A DNA stretch of 61,947 bases, filler included, from Rhabdomonas costata (taxonomy: Eukaryota), in the NCBI GenBank assembly GCA_019059605.1. It is 27 parts of 27 records of this genome, joined end to end, with 100 filler letters (N's around TTAATTAATTAA, not from the genome) between each part and the next. Parts side by side here need not be neighbours in the genome. Positions count along the whole stretch, not along the records: positions 11,494 to 13,692 come from JAHMHO010004902.1; positions 13,793 to 15,990 come from JAHMHO010004903.1; positions 16,091 to 18,288 come from JAHMHO010004904.1; positions 18,389 to 20,585 come from JAHMHO010004905.1; positions 20,686 to 22,883 come from JAHMHO010004906.1; positions 22,984 to 25,181 come from JAHMHO010004907.1; 21 more parts are not named here. One strand, written 5' to 3'. How positions within the stretch are numbered: position 1 is the stretch's first letter; every line of letters begins with the position of its first letter. Both the position numbers and the translations under genes were made by a program. Below, one piece after another: positions 12,316 through 25,181 of the stretch. The notes under the pieces are model-generated. The model searched no databases. It saw only the letters and a list, made by a program, of their open reading frames with translations, and was not told the origin of the DNA.

Positions 12316-12897
12316 TTAGTACAAGCCTAGGAATTTCCACCACAAGGATCCTGATATCAGCCAGATGAGCAGGTTTGTCGTCCCAACAACTAGACCAACC
12401 ACACACCATCTTCCATTTTCCTGCAGGTACTGAGCTACTTGTAAATAGCACCGCTATCGAAGCGCCACTGTAATGAGTTATACCCATGCATAGAGCGGAG
12501 GCAAATCCAAGCAGTAGGGCCAAGCAGTAGGTGCAACGGCTAGGAACATTCCGTATAAGCTTCCAACATGCGTTACTGCTCCTGCAAAAAGGTAAAGCAC
12601 GTAGAAATAGACTATGCAGAGTATAGCGAACAGTAAATGCCAAGTGTCCCACACAGGGAGGATATTTTTGATTGTGTGGCTGAAATAGTCCATTACCCCG
12701 ATGCTATGCAGGCCTCTGGCAAGCATAAGTACTACGGAGAACCAGATGAAGATGGCCCAGGTTCCCTTGTTCTCCAGTATATCCTCTAATGCCAGTGCTT
12801 TTGTCAGCGGCAGCAGAGAAAGGCCGATAAAGGCTATTGTGATATTAGAGGCCGCATTGATCCACCAAAGCGATACAACGGTTATGAATATCGCAAG
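12316..12897 (-). pseudogene. Intronless, frameshifted DASS-family anion/dicarboxylate transporter (DiT1/CitT-like), C-terminal part
   Basis: Reads LAIFITVVSLW..IAFIGLSLL..EDILENKGTWAIFIWF..LHSIGVMDYFS..ILCIVYFYVLYLFAGAVTHVGSLYGMFL, then a frameshift near 12530, then LALLLGFASALCMGITHYSGASIAVLF..VPAGKW, then a frameshift near 12405, then NLLIWLISGSLWWKFLGLY*. Confidence 0.85.
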
Positions 12898-13792
12898 TTA
12901 ATTCTTCCAAAAAGCCTTTCGGTGAAATCGCATATGATGGGATACTCCTTTAAATTCCTATCAAGCAGCACGAATTGGCGTGGACATCAAGCCAGTCTAA
13001 CCGCTACGTAAACTCGATATCTGACACCTAGGGTTGGTTGACACCTAGGGTTGGTGACAGATATTGTTCATCGCACCAGCGCAGCGCTGGTGCACACGCT
13101 CATGCACAAGATTTCGGTAGGGTGGCAAATAATAAATAGCGTTATGTACCTCAAAAAGGCAAAGGTACGCCACTGAACGCCTCGGTCCACTGTGTTCTGA
13201 AGAGGGTTAGATCTGCTGCGTAGTCAGCTAGGGCCTATGGTTTGCGTGTCCTTGTGACATTCTTTCTCTCTATGAGACGTGTAAGGACTTCACTTCGGTT
13301 ACGCACACGCAAACTTTGTATCTTTTGCTGGCAGCGTCTTCGTTGGCCTCGGGGTCCTTGAGCCTGGTGGTCGATCACAGGCTGACCAGCACCGTGTTCC
13401 AGTCGGACAACCTCCCGTACTCATGGATCTTGTTTGATTTTGGGGAGAGGTGCTTCCCCTTCTCCAATTAAAATATAACTGCTGGATGTGCCATTCCGGG
13501 ATATTTTGTCATTTTTGGCATAAGTAGCCACATTTGTAGCATAAGTATCCACATGGACACCCCCCCCCTCTGGAGTTTCCACTTCGCCCCCCTCTCCAGG
13601 AGTATCCACATGGCTCCCGGAAGCGCACACGGATCGCCGGCTAAACCTAACCCTTGCATCGCCTCAAACCCCAACCAACCACACCCACCACANNNNNNNN
13701 NNNNNNNNNNNNNNNNNNNNNNNNNNNNNNNNNNNNTTAATTAATTAANNNNNNNNNNNNNNNNNNNNNNNNNNNNNNNNNNNNNNNNNNNN

Positions 13793-15836
13793 GTGGTGGG
13801 GGGTGGTCGTGCCCCTCCCTGACCTCGCCGCGATCGCCCGACGTGCCGTCGCCTCTGGCATCACCCTCTTTGACACCGCGGAGGGCTACGGTGGGGGTAG
13901 CAGTGAGCGGCGGCTGCGCCAAGCTCTGGACCTGGCGGACTGTTCACCTATGGCATGCCAGATCTCTCTTATTCCCTCCTCTCCCCTTTCTTCCTTCTCA
14001 CAGGCGCAGCCCCCAACAGTTCTCGGACCGAAGCCCCGCTACCGTGGAAATGGTGTTGTCTTCTAACAGCTTCAAATAGAAGGGAACCCGAAACGTGCGG
14101 AGAGCAGCGCAAAGAAATGGTCTCTACGGGCAAACAATGCTCGCCCTGAGCATTCATTCTCGAGCTACAAGGATTCAATTGAGGTTAAATGCACCACCCC
14201 TCAGTCCCTTTCTCTAAGCAAACAGAAATTCTGAACCATATTCAACCATGCGGCAGGGGGTGCCTGAGCCGCATTGGTGCAGCCGGACCCATAAGTGCAC
14301 TTTCTGGAGTTGCATGCACTCAATTCCCCATCTTCTTGAGGGTGCGCCGTTCCGTCCTTATTCCCTCAAGGAAGGAAGATCGCTTTTGGGGGCGATGTAC
14401 CTCGACAGAAAAACCAAAAAACTAGGCCGGGGCCCCTCCCCTTCGCGAGAAGGTTGTGGTGGCCACAAAGTTCCTGCCGACTGTGTGGCGGTGGACTCAG
14501 GGCAGCTTCCTCGGTGCCCTGCGGGGCTCCCTTGAGCGCCTCGGGGTGCCCTGCGTCCCGCTGTACTTCCTGCACACCCCGGTACACCCGTTGGCCCTGG
14601 AGGTGTATGTGTGCCTCTGGCGAAGTTTCGGTGCATAGGTGACAACACATCGCGCATCCCGATGACAAACGAGAGATCAAAGAGGTGCTAACAACGGCAT
14701 AGAGGGACCATGAAAACGCGAAGAGAGTAAAAGAATTGAGACAACGTCACTGAATCTGGTACCGTAGACCTCTCCGTCGCCGACTTCTTGTCATCATTGG
14801 GGGATTAGGTGTGGGTGCGCGCCGCGGTGGTTGCGCACCGGCTCGGACTGCTGCGGGCGCTGGGGCTCTCGAACTGCGACGCGGGACAGGTCCGCCGGGC
14901 CCATGCCGTGGCCTCCCAGGGTGGCCTGCCTCTCGTCGCCAACCAGCTGCTGGTGAACCTCCTGGTGTATGCCTCCCCGAAACTTCAGGAGACCCTCCGC
15001 ACGTGCCGCGAGTTGAACATCACTGTGATCGGGTCACTCCTTCCTCCCCCTTCCCTCCGAATGGTTTTTCTGGATCTCGGGATAGCCTTTTTTTTTAAGG
15101 TTTGAAAATCGGAAGGGAGTGCGTCTTGGACCGTCTTGGGCCGTCACCATGTCCCTATTCCTCGTTTTCTCCCGGCACCATTGTCTTTTTGTCAGTGACA
15201 CCGATGTCCCTGAACCGCAAGCACACGAGTAATTGCAAGGGTAGAATTACGTTATTTCGGAAACCGGGCAATGCCCGCATGTCCCATTCAAAACGAATTT
15301 TGGGATATCTCACGTAAAATGCCCTATTTTGTGTCCAGTATGTGGTGCTTCACGCTTCCGAGGTGCTGCGCTCGGGAAAAACCTCCTCAAAGAAGTGTGA
15401 ACGGCCCGTGCCTTCTCTTGGACTCTCCACCGCATTGGTAAAATAAATCTGCAAAGGTAAAAAGGTAACAAAGCAGAAAGCCAGGTAACCTGTGATACCA
15501 AATGGGCACTGTTCCCTCGCGTGTCCCACAAAATTTCTCACATGGTGCAGCAGCCAAGCGCAGTAAACCCATGCTCGGGAATTGCTTTAGGAGGTGTTTT
15601 AATTCCAAAAGTAATACGACACCCGGTATGTGTAGGAATGCTGTGATATGGTGTGTGAATTGGGACGCAGGTACTCCGTGATTGGCCAGGGGCTCCTCTG
15701 TGACGGCCTTACCGAGGACAAGCGGGAGGGAGCCCGCCTAACCCGGATGAGCGGGGTGACCCCTGCGGAGCTGGAGGGAGTGCGCCGGTGCATCCACTCG
15801 GTGGGCCAGAAACACGGAGGCAGGCCCATGTCTCAG
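13793..15836 (+). CDS. Aldo-keto reductase (pyridoxal-reductase-like), partial, 4 exons
   Basis: Exons 13793-13952 (GITLFDTAEGYGGGSSERRL), 14453-14602 (VVATKFLP..SLERLG..LYFLHTP), 14809-15032 (RALGLSN..LVANQ) and 15671-15836 (YSVIGQGLL). Catalytic D, Y, K and H motifs are present. The first donor is probably GC. Confidence 0.92.
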
Positions 15837-15898
15837 GTCATTTGTCCTACCCTCATCTATTTTTTGCCCTCCCACTTCCAGGCACCCCTCGTTAAACA

Positions 15899-15990
15899 GG
15901 GTTGTTTTGTATACTCATGTGACATTTATTATGTGTCCAGCTGAACCGTGTGTCGCATAATAAATGTCACATGAGTATACAAACCAACCC
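15899..15990. repeat. 35-bp hairpin at contig end (probable fold-back artefact)
   Basis: 15899-15933 and 15956-15990 are reverse-complementary with 1 mismatch. The right arm is the contig terminus. Confidence 0.9.
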
Positions 15991-16090
15991 NNNNNNNNNN
16001 NNNNNNNNNNNNNNNNNNNNNNNNNNNNNNNNNNTTAATTAATTAANNNNNNNNNNNNNNNNNNNNNNNNNNNNNNNNNNNNNNNNNNNN

Positions 16091-17763
16091 TTGTGTGGGG
16101 GGTGCCGAGGCGCAGTGTGTGGCGGGCCGCCGTCGCCCCCGGCGCGGCCCTCTTCCGCAGCGACCCTGAAATTCTCTGTGAAGTTCGGAAAGGATAATAT
16201 GTGTGCCTTTCGCTTGTTGGGTGCGCTTGCGTGTGTCCGCGAATCGTAGGTCAACCGTGCGAGGGACAGGGGGAGCAGCGTCAGGCAGCGATGCGTAGAG
16301 CGAACAGAGAAGGGGCTGGTGCCCGATGGCGCAATGAGGAAAATGAAACGCGATTCCCCATAAAAAAGTCACCCTGGCCAAGTGTACAAAGTGTGTTCTC
16401 CAACCATACGCGAATGAGCTTTCGCAAACTTGCTGAAGAGTGCCGTTGATTTGGCTGTGCATTGCTCTAGAGGCATATTTCACCATTATTTCACCAGGCC
16501 GCGCATCACATTATGGGTATGAGCATATACTCCCACACACTATCGTCAGCGAGTCGGCAGCGAGTGAACCTTGCGCTGTGGGGACGTGGTACCTGTGACA
16601 TTTCTGTTTTTTTGTGGTGCTCATTTGTGCAGCGATGTGGAGCTGCCAGGGTCGTCCACAGTGCTGGAGCTGAAGCTGTTCTTGGAGCAGAAGACTTCGG
16701 TGCAGCCCTCGGTGCAATGGCCCTTTCCCAAACACTCACCTTGCACCTCTTTTCGCTCAGCACGCTTTAGGTTGCTACCTTGACATAGAGATGTATTTCT
16801 ATCTGTCTCTGGTAAGCTGCGACTTCACCTCCTTCATGACTTCATAATCTCTCCTGGAAGGCCACTGGCAACACCGCACATGTCATACCCAGACCAAGGG
16901 TTCTCTCTCAAGAACCGAACAAAGCGTTTCTGGTTGCGACTGCATGCCCACGCACCTCTGCGTTGCCACACAGATGCAGAAGCTGATGTTCAAGGGGCAG
17001 CTCAAGGAAGACCACCGCACCTTGGATGACTGCGGGGTGAAGCCCGGAGCGAAACTGATGCTCATTGGTAAGTGGCTTTTCTCCGATTGGAAGGGGCCAC
17101 TCTATCTTCATCCTATCGTTGGTCGCTCTGGAAACAATACCAAATCTCTCTCACAACACCGAATGTTTCTAGCTTGGATTGTTCATTTTTAGCAGGAAGT
17201 GATTCCCTTACAGCTGCTGGGGTGTCTGGAAGAGAGTGCACTGATGACGAGGTAGTCAGCTGAACTTTTCAGCTTGGCTAACAATGCAGAGACGGAGGCT
17301 CCCTAAAAATGGCGCCATTGGGCACGATCCAAAAAGAAATTAGAGAGGCGAACAATATGTGTACGAAGGCGGTAGGTACGCAGGGCTTGCATCAGTGAAA
17401 TGATAAAGGCCTCTTCTGCCGCAACTGGAAGCCTCACTACGGGCCACTTTGAGGATAGTCTACCGCTTTTGTTGTTCGGTTGTTGTGGTATTGACTCGAA
17501 CCCGTTTGTGTCCTCTTGGTTTCCCCCTTGTTTGGGAATGGGAATTCACGGGTGAGCACCCGCTGTGGAGGATCCCAGGGTGCTCGTGGCGAGCGGGCGT
17601 AGGCGTCGTCACCACTCAACCAACTGCTTTTTTTTTGCCCCTGTGCTTGCCCTTCGTAGCACTTACCTGCTTTGTTTGAAAGGGAGCACTGTAGAGCAGG
17701 TGATCAACGTTAACGTAGTCGCCCCGACCGCGGCGCAGGCCGAGTCCTCGAAAGCCGAAGAGA
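16091..17763 (+). CDS. UBFD1: Ubiquitin domain-containing protein, UBFD1-like, partial, 4 exons
   Basis: Exons ..16200, 16633-16711, 16974-17067 and 17683-17763 give LKFSVKFGKDNIDVELPGSSTVLELK..VQPSMQKLMFKG..TLDDCGVKPGAKLMLIGSTVEQVINVN..KAEE, all GT-AG and in phase. Confidence 0.8.
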
Positions 17764-18901
17764 GTATCTTTATGCTGCGTTGAACTGATGCATCTTGCAA
17801 TGCTTTGGGGAACCCACGGATCCTCCGCTGCGCTTTCGTTGTGCGTTTCGGCATGTCAGCGGGACAGAAGGCAAATGATCTGTCTACCAACCTTTGCATC
17901 TTGCCCTCGCAACACACACAGGGCTCGCAACCACTGCATCCCTTGCTCATGTAACTTTTGAACGACGCTCACAGGTACCCCTGTAAACATAGGGAACGAA
18001 GACCCGATGTGCCCTGTTCCCTGGGAAACCATGTTCATGGTCTACCGGACTTTACCTTTGCTTGTATGACAAGTCCGATTCGTGGTTGCCATCCACTTTT
18101 CCAAACACTGAACTGATAAAAATTGCCCACATGCGGGAGCTACATCTTTACCGTCGTTAAACGGTCGAACACTAAAGTAGTTCCAATCGATCTACGAAAA
18201 TGTGCATCGGCGTTCGACGTTTAGCGCCCCAACCCCTCCATATTACAAATGTCCCCAGAAAGTTAAACATTTCCAACAACCCACCAACNNNNNNNNNNNN
18301 NNNNNNNNNNNNNNNNNNNNNNNNNNNNNNNNTTAATTAATTAANNNNNNNNNNNNNNNNNNNNNNNNNNNNNNNNNNNNNNNNNNNNAGTATCGTTTTA
18401 ACAGTACTGGCAGATGGGACCTTAACTGAACCTGAATGAATTGTATAGGTGTTGGTCTGCCAGAAGTTTCGTCACGGAAAGCGCTGAGCCAACGTGCATC
18501 GAATGGGCGATTTTATCAAGATGATGGATCGTAAATGACAATCGATCACTTGGTGCACTGAACCAAAAACCCACTGACGTCCCAGATCTTTTATAGTGAT
18601 AGGATGAAAATCAAGGAGTGCAGGCCCAGTGTATCTCCTGGCGAGAGCGATTTGAACGCCGCCGACCGGTGGTCGTACAAGCACTCCCCGAACGGCGGAG
18701 ATTTGGTCCAGACCACACGCTATGCTCTCAAACCTTGCCATGCACTCGTTCGCTGGGGCCAAAAGGAAAATCCAAGCGGAAGCGCCTTTCATTTCTCCCG
18801 GTATTGAAACGAAGTTCAACGATGCGCTCCTGCTCAATCGAAAAGGGATCAAGCGAGATCGGTATTCCTTCTTGAAGGTCCTGAGCTGACATGGCGCTCA
18901 C

Positions 18902-20479
18902 CTGGGATTTGCCCTTGGCGAGTCTTTGTCATGAATTTATGGTTGGGTTGGGTGAGCTACCTTTACTCAAGATTCATCCAACGAGTAAACAAGTTTGGAG
19001 GTGATGAAAACCGAATGCCATAAAAATGGTGCCGAAGAGACAAGCCCTTCACGTGCCTGTACACTGGGGTTGGCCTGCGCCTTCAGAAGAAGCTCAAGGC
19101 CCTCGTGCCAGCCCAACTCCAAGCATCGGTGGAGAGCAGTGCGACCATTCGCGTCGGGAGTATTCAGCGGGGCGTTGGCTTTGAGAAGCTCCACCAAGGA
19201 GGCCAGGGAGCGCACCTCACACGCGACCTGGACGGCACCGGCACCCGTCTCAGGGTCCGTGGCTTGCACCCCGGCGAGGTACAATTTGACCTGAGGTTCA
19301 CACAAACAGACAGAACTAACCCAATACAACTAAAATGAACAATAAAACATTGTGAACACATTCAGAAACATAAAGCAACACGTATGCGGGCACGCAACCG
19401 CGCCGTGATGAGTGGGGCAACCGTAAAAGCACGCGCACGCCACTCTGTTGAAGGGAACAGGCATGCTGACCAGGGCAAGCGCAGGGCCGATTCGACCACC
19501 CAATCTCAACATGGTCCACAACGCTGCCAGATGACACATTCCGCCGCCGACCTCTCCAATGCTGTAAGACTTTCCCAGCTCCCTTCTCTCAGTCCCTTGC
19601 GAGTGTGTGTGTGTCTCTCTCTTTTGATCCCTCGTCTTTTCACAGCTCTGGAGCAGCCCATTAATCGCCTATTTCGCCAGAAGTGCCAGGGTTTCACGTC
19701 AAGACCTTAAGTTTTGCGAGGGCAAGAAGTGACACGACAAAGTGACAAGAGAGCAAGGGAGAGCATAAGAGCCTCCGAAAGAGCCACTCGCCACCGCTAC
19801 GCTTTTCATCTCAGTTATCATTGGGGGTGCTTTGGCTTCAGCCCCAGGATGAGTAAAATAAGCGGGTTTTCCTGAAAGTGGGCAGGGCGGAGCAGGGATT
19901 ACGCCGCTAAACATCTCATCAAGTACGCCATCCTACCGGGGCTTCAGCTCAACCTGGAAGTAATTCAAAAAGTACTTATAACACAGAGGCACAACATAAA
20001 AGCACAACAGTCAGGCAGGCAGCGTGAGCCACAATGACTAAGGAAATGGATCACAATGGGAGGCAAAATAAAGCCGATTACATTCATTCCCTCTTCAGGT
20101 GAGAAATGTGAAAGAGGGAGAATCCTTGATGATGATACCCTCTCAATTCCCGACTTCACTTTATTTCTCCCGCATTTGTGAGCGAGGGTAAGAATCTTAA
20201 CTGGTGATGGTGCTGTGAGCTTTCCCGATGGAGGTACACACGTACCGCCGTAAGGTCACCTTTGCGGATGGCCGGAAGGAGGTTCCGCTGGGCCTCTTGC
20301 AGCCGCTTCTCCGAGCGCTGGGCGAGCTCCCTGGCCTGGGCCTCGGTAATCTCGACCAGGTCATAGATATCTATGTTGGTAATGTCGCGCTCCCCGAAGC
20401 GCTCCCCCACGAACTTCTTGGCGTTGTGGCCGAGCTTGGCCTTCACCAGAAAGAACGTGTTGAACGGGAACAGTACCTC
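18902..20479 (-). CDS. ADP-ribosyltransferase (ART) C-terminal motif fused to ankyrin repeats, partial
   Basis: Exon 20479-20246 reads EVLFPFNTFFLV..YDLVEI..LLPAIRKGDLTA. Exon 19290-19057 reads VKLYL..TDPETGAGAVQVAC..LNTPDANGRTALHRCLELGWHEGLELLLKAQANPSVQ. A probable 22-nt exon 18923-18902 adds TRQGQIP. The ankyrin call is strong and the ART call is moderate. Confidence 0.72.
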
Positions 20480-23400
20480 CTATGACACAGTGAAAATGCA
20501 GCCCAAGGTGAGCATGAGGGATTCTTCGGAAGGCGAGACAGTGTTCTTGGAAAGGGTCTGAATTGGCTGCTGACCCCCAAAACCCNNNNNNNNNNNNNNN
20601 NNNNNNNNNNNNNNNNNNNNNNNNNNNNNTTAATTAATTAANNNNNNNNNNNNNNNNNNNNNNNNNNNNNNNNNNNNNNNNNNNNTGGGGATCCCGCTGC
20701 CCGGGGAGCTGGGGGTCGAAGGTCAAAAAACTCTGGAGTCCTTTGGGCATCCTGGGCGACTGGGCGTCCTGTTGGCACCCCCGTTTAGGATGCAAGTTGG
20801 AGCGTTTGGGACTCCACAGTGGTGTCGAAGCCAGAACCACTGCTTGGCGGCGACCCACCCGAGCACGTAGGTTTCCTTCCGCGTCTCCAACCTCCATCCC
20901 GTACAGCTCGTTTGCGTGAAGGGTAAGGGCGGGAAGGAACACGGGACGTGGTGAGGAGGGAGACCGTCGCTTTGTGTAGGTTGCCCGGTGAGAAGAGCCA
21001 CGGGTGGACGAGGGAGTGAGACATACGCTCGGCATGCCAATGACAGCCAGAGCGACTGGTAATATAGTTCGCCTCATCTCTCTTTCACTTCTGCAAGAAG
21101 GTCAAGTATTTGTGCATCAGAAATTTCACCAAGCCCAAAGGGCGCATTTCTTCTTCTTGCATGTCCCCAAACCCAAACGTTCAATTTCTTCTGTGCCACG
21201 CAGCAAAAAAAACATCCCTTTTCCACAGGGGTGCATTTCCATCATATCTTGATTTCTGTTCGACCATGCTCTTTGCACTGCACTGCAAACACGCCACAGA
21301 ACGCCCTTGACCGAACCTGAAACATGTGAAACACGGTGACGAAGCTCCTTCCGAAAGCCCAAAATCTCCCTGTGCCAGTGTGCAGCACGGCGACACGAAA
21401 TTTCGGAGTCCCTGGGGGCCATGCTTTCGAGATCAACACTGGGTTCGGGGCAGACGTCTGCGCGAGTGTCCCCAGGACGCACACGCAAAGGAGAACTAAA
21501 ATGGAGAATATTCGACCAAACATGGTACTGCAGCAGAAAAGTCACTTGCAAAGAGACCTTAAGGAAAAGGACCCTAAGACAAAGGACATACACAAGACGA
21601 ACACAAGACGTAACAGGCAGCCTTCTGAATGGTCACTGCCAGGAGGCGTACAAGCAGAAATCTTCCGACATAGCTTTCAAATGGGCATCCAAGCTTCCCT
21701 GGTTGGGGTATGCGAGCGCATTTATTTTGGTCCCTTTCATCAAACTACTCCCTTGTGGTGCCCCTTCCAAACCTCGATACCTCGATAATTTCGTTTGTCT
21801 CCGAACCTTCCCGCTCTCTGTGGTGTACCTTTGTGCCGTTACCTCCTCCTCTTTTCCTAGTTGTTTTCTCGTTCTCTGATGCTGGTATGCCAATCGCCTC
21901 TCCACGGAGGGTTTGCAGCGCTTACCGGGCCAGCGGCGGGCGGAGTGCTGGCAGCGGGTATCGGTCAGCTGAGCTTCGCCCTTCTGGGGGGACCCTTTGC
22001 GGAGCCGCGTGACTCTCACAGCCCAGCTCCCCCATGACCTCAGGCAGCTCGCCGCTGCTCGTTACAGCGGGTTCTTAATGCGCGCTGGGCGGGGGGGGGA
22101 GTGAACTTTTCTTTGGAGAGTGGTGCCGAACAAAGAGACCGTCTTCGCACGGGTTTCCTCCCCTTCTCAAAAGCAGGCTGGCAGGAGGCCCGTGCTTTGC
22201 GGGCTGTTGCCCTGCTCCCCGCACCCCTTCCTCTCCCTTTTTAAATAGTGGGCGTGCTCGCCTGGGGTGCACTTGCCCCCAAGCTCAGCACCGGTAGCAC
22301 CGGCGAAAAATAAAAACTAGAGCGACCCGGAGGGAATAATTACAGTGCTGACCCCTGTTGCTGCAGAAGTGCAAAAAAAAACACCGAACTTCTGTCTTTT
22401 AGGAAAACAAACTTGGTTGGTCCGCATGCAAACAGCAAACAGCAACACGTACGGAAAGAGACGAGAAGCCGGAAGGAGGGCCAACGGGTAGAGAGCTCAA
22501 ACGGCGGGAAAGCACACTCCGGGAGGGTGTAAGAGTAACTGGGAGGGGGACTGCAGCAAAAACTGGTGTGTGCGCGGGATGCTGGATGAAAGATTCGTTG
22601 GGTCGTAGCAAGAAAAAGGGGCTAAAAGTAGAGCACAGCGTGTACGGGAGACAAACGTAAGGAAAAAAGGAGGCGGAGAACAAAGGATGCCAACTGAAAG
22701 AGTACGTGTAACCGGGTTGGGGGGACACAATGGCCTATCCGACAGAGACGATCTAGTGCAGTGTATTCACAACCAGAGGAACCCACCAACCAAAGACCCA
22801 GCTGACGGCCAATCGCTTGCGCAAGCCCCAACTTCTCGCAGCAGCCCCCCGGACCTGCTTCTCTCTCTCGCCAACCACAAAACNNNNNNNNNNNNNNNNN
22901 NNNNNNNNNNNNNNNNNNNNNNNNNNNTTAATTAATTAANNNNNNNNNNNNNNNNNNNNNNNNNNNNNNNNNNNNNNNNNNNNGTTTTTGGGTACCACTC
23001 CTGGAAAGCAATGGGCATCCAAAACTTCTGAAGTGGTGATAATAGGGAGGCACAGATGCGAGGTGTGATGCACACCCCCCCTCGTCCCTGGTGGCTTGCA
23101 TCGCTTGCTGTGCACAGAAAAATGAGCCTGTAAACCAGCGTAGAAGTGTCAGTCAACCAGCGTAGAAGTGTTTTCTTGAATGAAGTCTGGTCTAATAATG
23201 ATAAAGCAGGTCACAGATCACGTACTTTGCAACATGTGTGCAGCTGGTAGAGTGGGAGACTTCTGATGCAGGGTGCCCAGTGCCGAGTACGTGAGGGCGC
23301 AATGGGCAATGGCGGCACCGGTGGCAAAGAGGCAGCGAAACCAGAGGTGGTGAATTATTGAAGGTGCCCCTTTCGGTCGCCCCCCCCAAACTTTTCCAAC

Positions 23401-23692
23401 ACCAAAGCGGACCTTGAGCGGACGAACGGGCCCACAACAGGTTTTAATACCATTTGCATTTAGGTCGAGCATCAGATGCACACAGTCGCAGGCTTCCAAT
23501 TAAGCAAACGCAAAACGGAGCGAAGAATTGTTTCCGAGAAGTATTCGTGACACAAGACTGAAACCAAGCATCGACATCATCCCACCAGTTGGGAGGTGTG
23601 TGTGTGTGGGAGGGGGAGAGGGGGGCGCACAGGTCTTTGAGTCACCACGCCTCCCCCATGGATCTCGGTTCCTGTCCCTCCGTTTTCCGAGT

Positions 23693-25181
23693 TCACGCAC
23701 TCAGCCCAAGGTCCTCCTCCGCACAGGCCGCGGGGCATACAAACTGCATGGCGTAGTGGCACATCTGAGGCTCCTCGACCTTGTCGATCTGCTCGCTCTC
23801 TCCGCAGCCCACGGAGACGTCCAGCGCTCGTGGACTCGGGCACCCCGACCCTGGCAACACATGGACCTCAGGCTTATGAAGAGAAGGTTCATTCCCTTTG
23901 CTTTCCTTCCGACACTCACATCACCGCGAACCGAAGCGCACTTTTGGTCTGTGGGGGAGGGCTTCGGGATCGTGAAAATAATCGTTTCGATGAGTTAAGC
24001 TGGTTGTAGCGTTTGCAAGCAATGACAACATCATATTTTTGCGGTGGTAGTTGCTCTTTCGTCCCACTCAAGCGCGCACGCAAAGCGAGAAAAAAAGGCA
24101 TAAAAAAACGGACGTCTTCAGCGAAACACAATCATCTGCAACAGGACACAATGACAGCTTGACTTAGAAATGGTTGGAATCTCTCTGTTTCTTTCTGCAT
24201 CAATGGTATATCGACGTTTCCTGATGTGGGGTGACCGCGGCTGCTATTTCTAACCTCTCATCTTCAATACTGTGCACGGCTCATTTGTCCTCGCCTGTAC
24301 GCAGCGATTTTGTATCATCATCATTTTGGCCACATTCCACACCCTCCCCAACACACATCACAAACATCAAGAATATATCAGCATCACCTTTACCCAAAGG
24401 TGACAAAAAAGTGAGAAAAAACGAAGCAAGAAGAATGAAAACCAACCGAGGCATACCATCTCCGTCGCGGAAGTGCATCGTCCGATACTTGGAATGCCAC
24501 TGATCCGCCTGGTGCCAGCCTGACAAGCCATTCCCATCTCGGCAATCAATTAAAAACACTTGATCAAGAGTCATACAATTCCCAAAAAAGACCGCAAACC
24601 GTGAGCGCAGAATAACATCGTTCCAAAACAATAGCAATAAAATATGAAAACGAAACTGCATCGTCCCATGGAGGAGCCCAGCGCGGACACATCAAAAGAA
24701 TCAAAACACTAGGAGGTTGAAGGACAGTCCGAACCATGAAACCTAACAGGAATGCAAGGGCACGATCCGGCGACTCATACCATTCCAGCTTCCGATGGAC
24801 CTCCACCCTTGCTTGGCATTCTTGAAGGGACACAACTCGTATCTAAAAAAACGTGACATAGCAGCCTAAAAACCATGTGTTGGGTCTAGCTTTTCATTCA
24901 CACCCACCTTCACGTGCGCGTATTCCCTTTCAATCTTTTCATCCCACGCACACAAACAAATATACTGTTCCTCATTCAAGCAAGAGATTACCTTCACCTT
25001 CTTTCTGTGCCCTCCCAACTTTGAACCACTTTCCCAGCTTGAGGTCTTGAAGGTAAAGGTCTATGCCCCTTCATCGCGGGTCAAATGGGAGGGAAACCGA
25101 ACACTGAAAGGGGAACACACGTCTCTCCCCCGTGGTCCTTGCTGAAGCACTTTCCCTTCAAAGAGTAGAACTCGTGCTGCG
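23693..25181 (-). CDS. PRKCSH: Glucosidase II beta subunit-like MRH domain, last 4 exons
   Basis: Exons 25181-25121, 24842-24781, 24519-24457 and 23850-23693 give EFYSLKGKCF..TYELCPFKNAKQG..SIGSW..MHFRDGDGSGCPSPRALDVSVGCGESEQIDKVEEPQMCHYAMQFVCPAAC..*, all GT-AG and in phase. Confidence 0.85.

Noticed and set aside
20686..22883. Several overlapping ORFs of 100-155 aa
   Set aside because: No recognisable motifs, and no confident splice model could be built.
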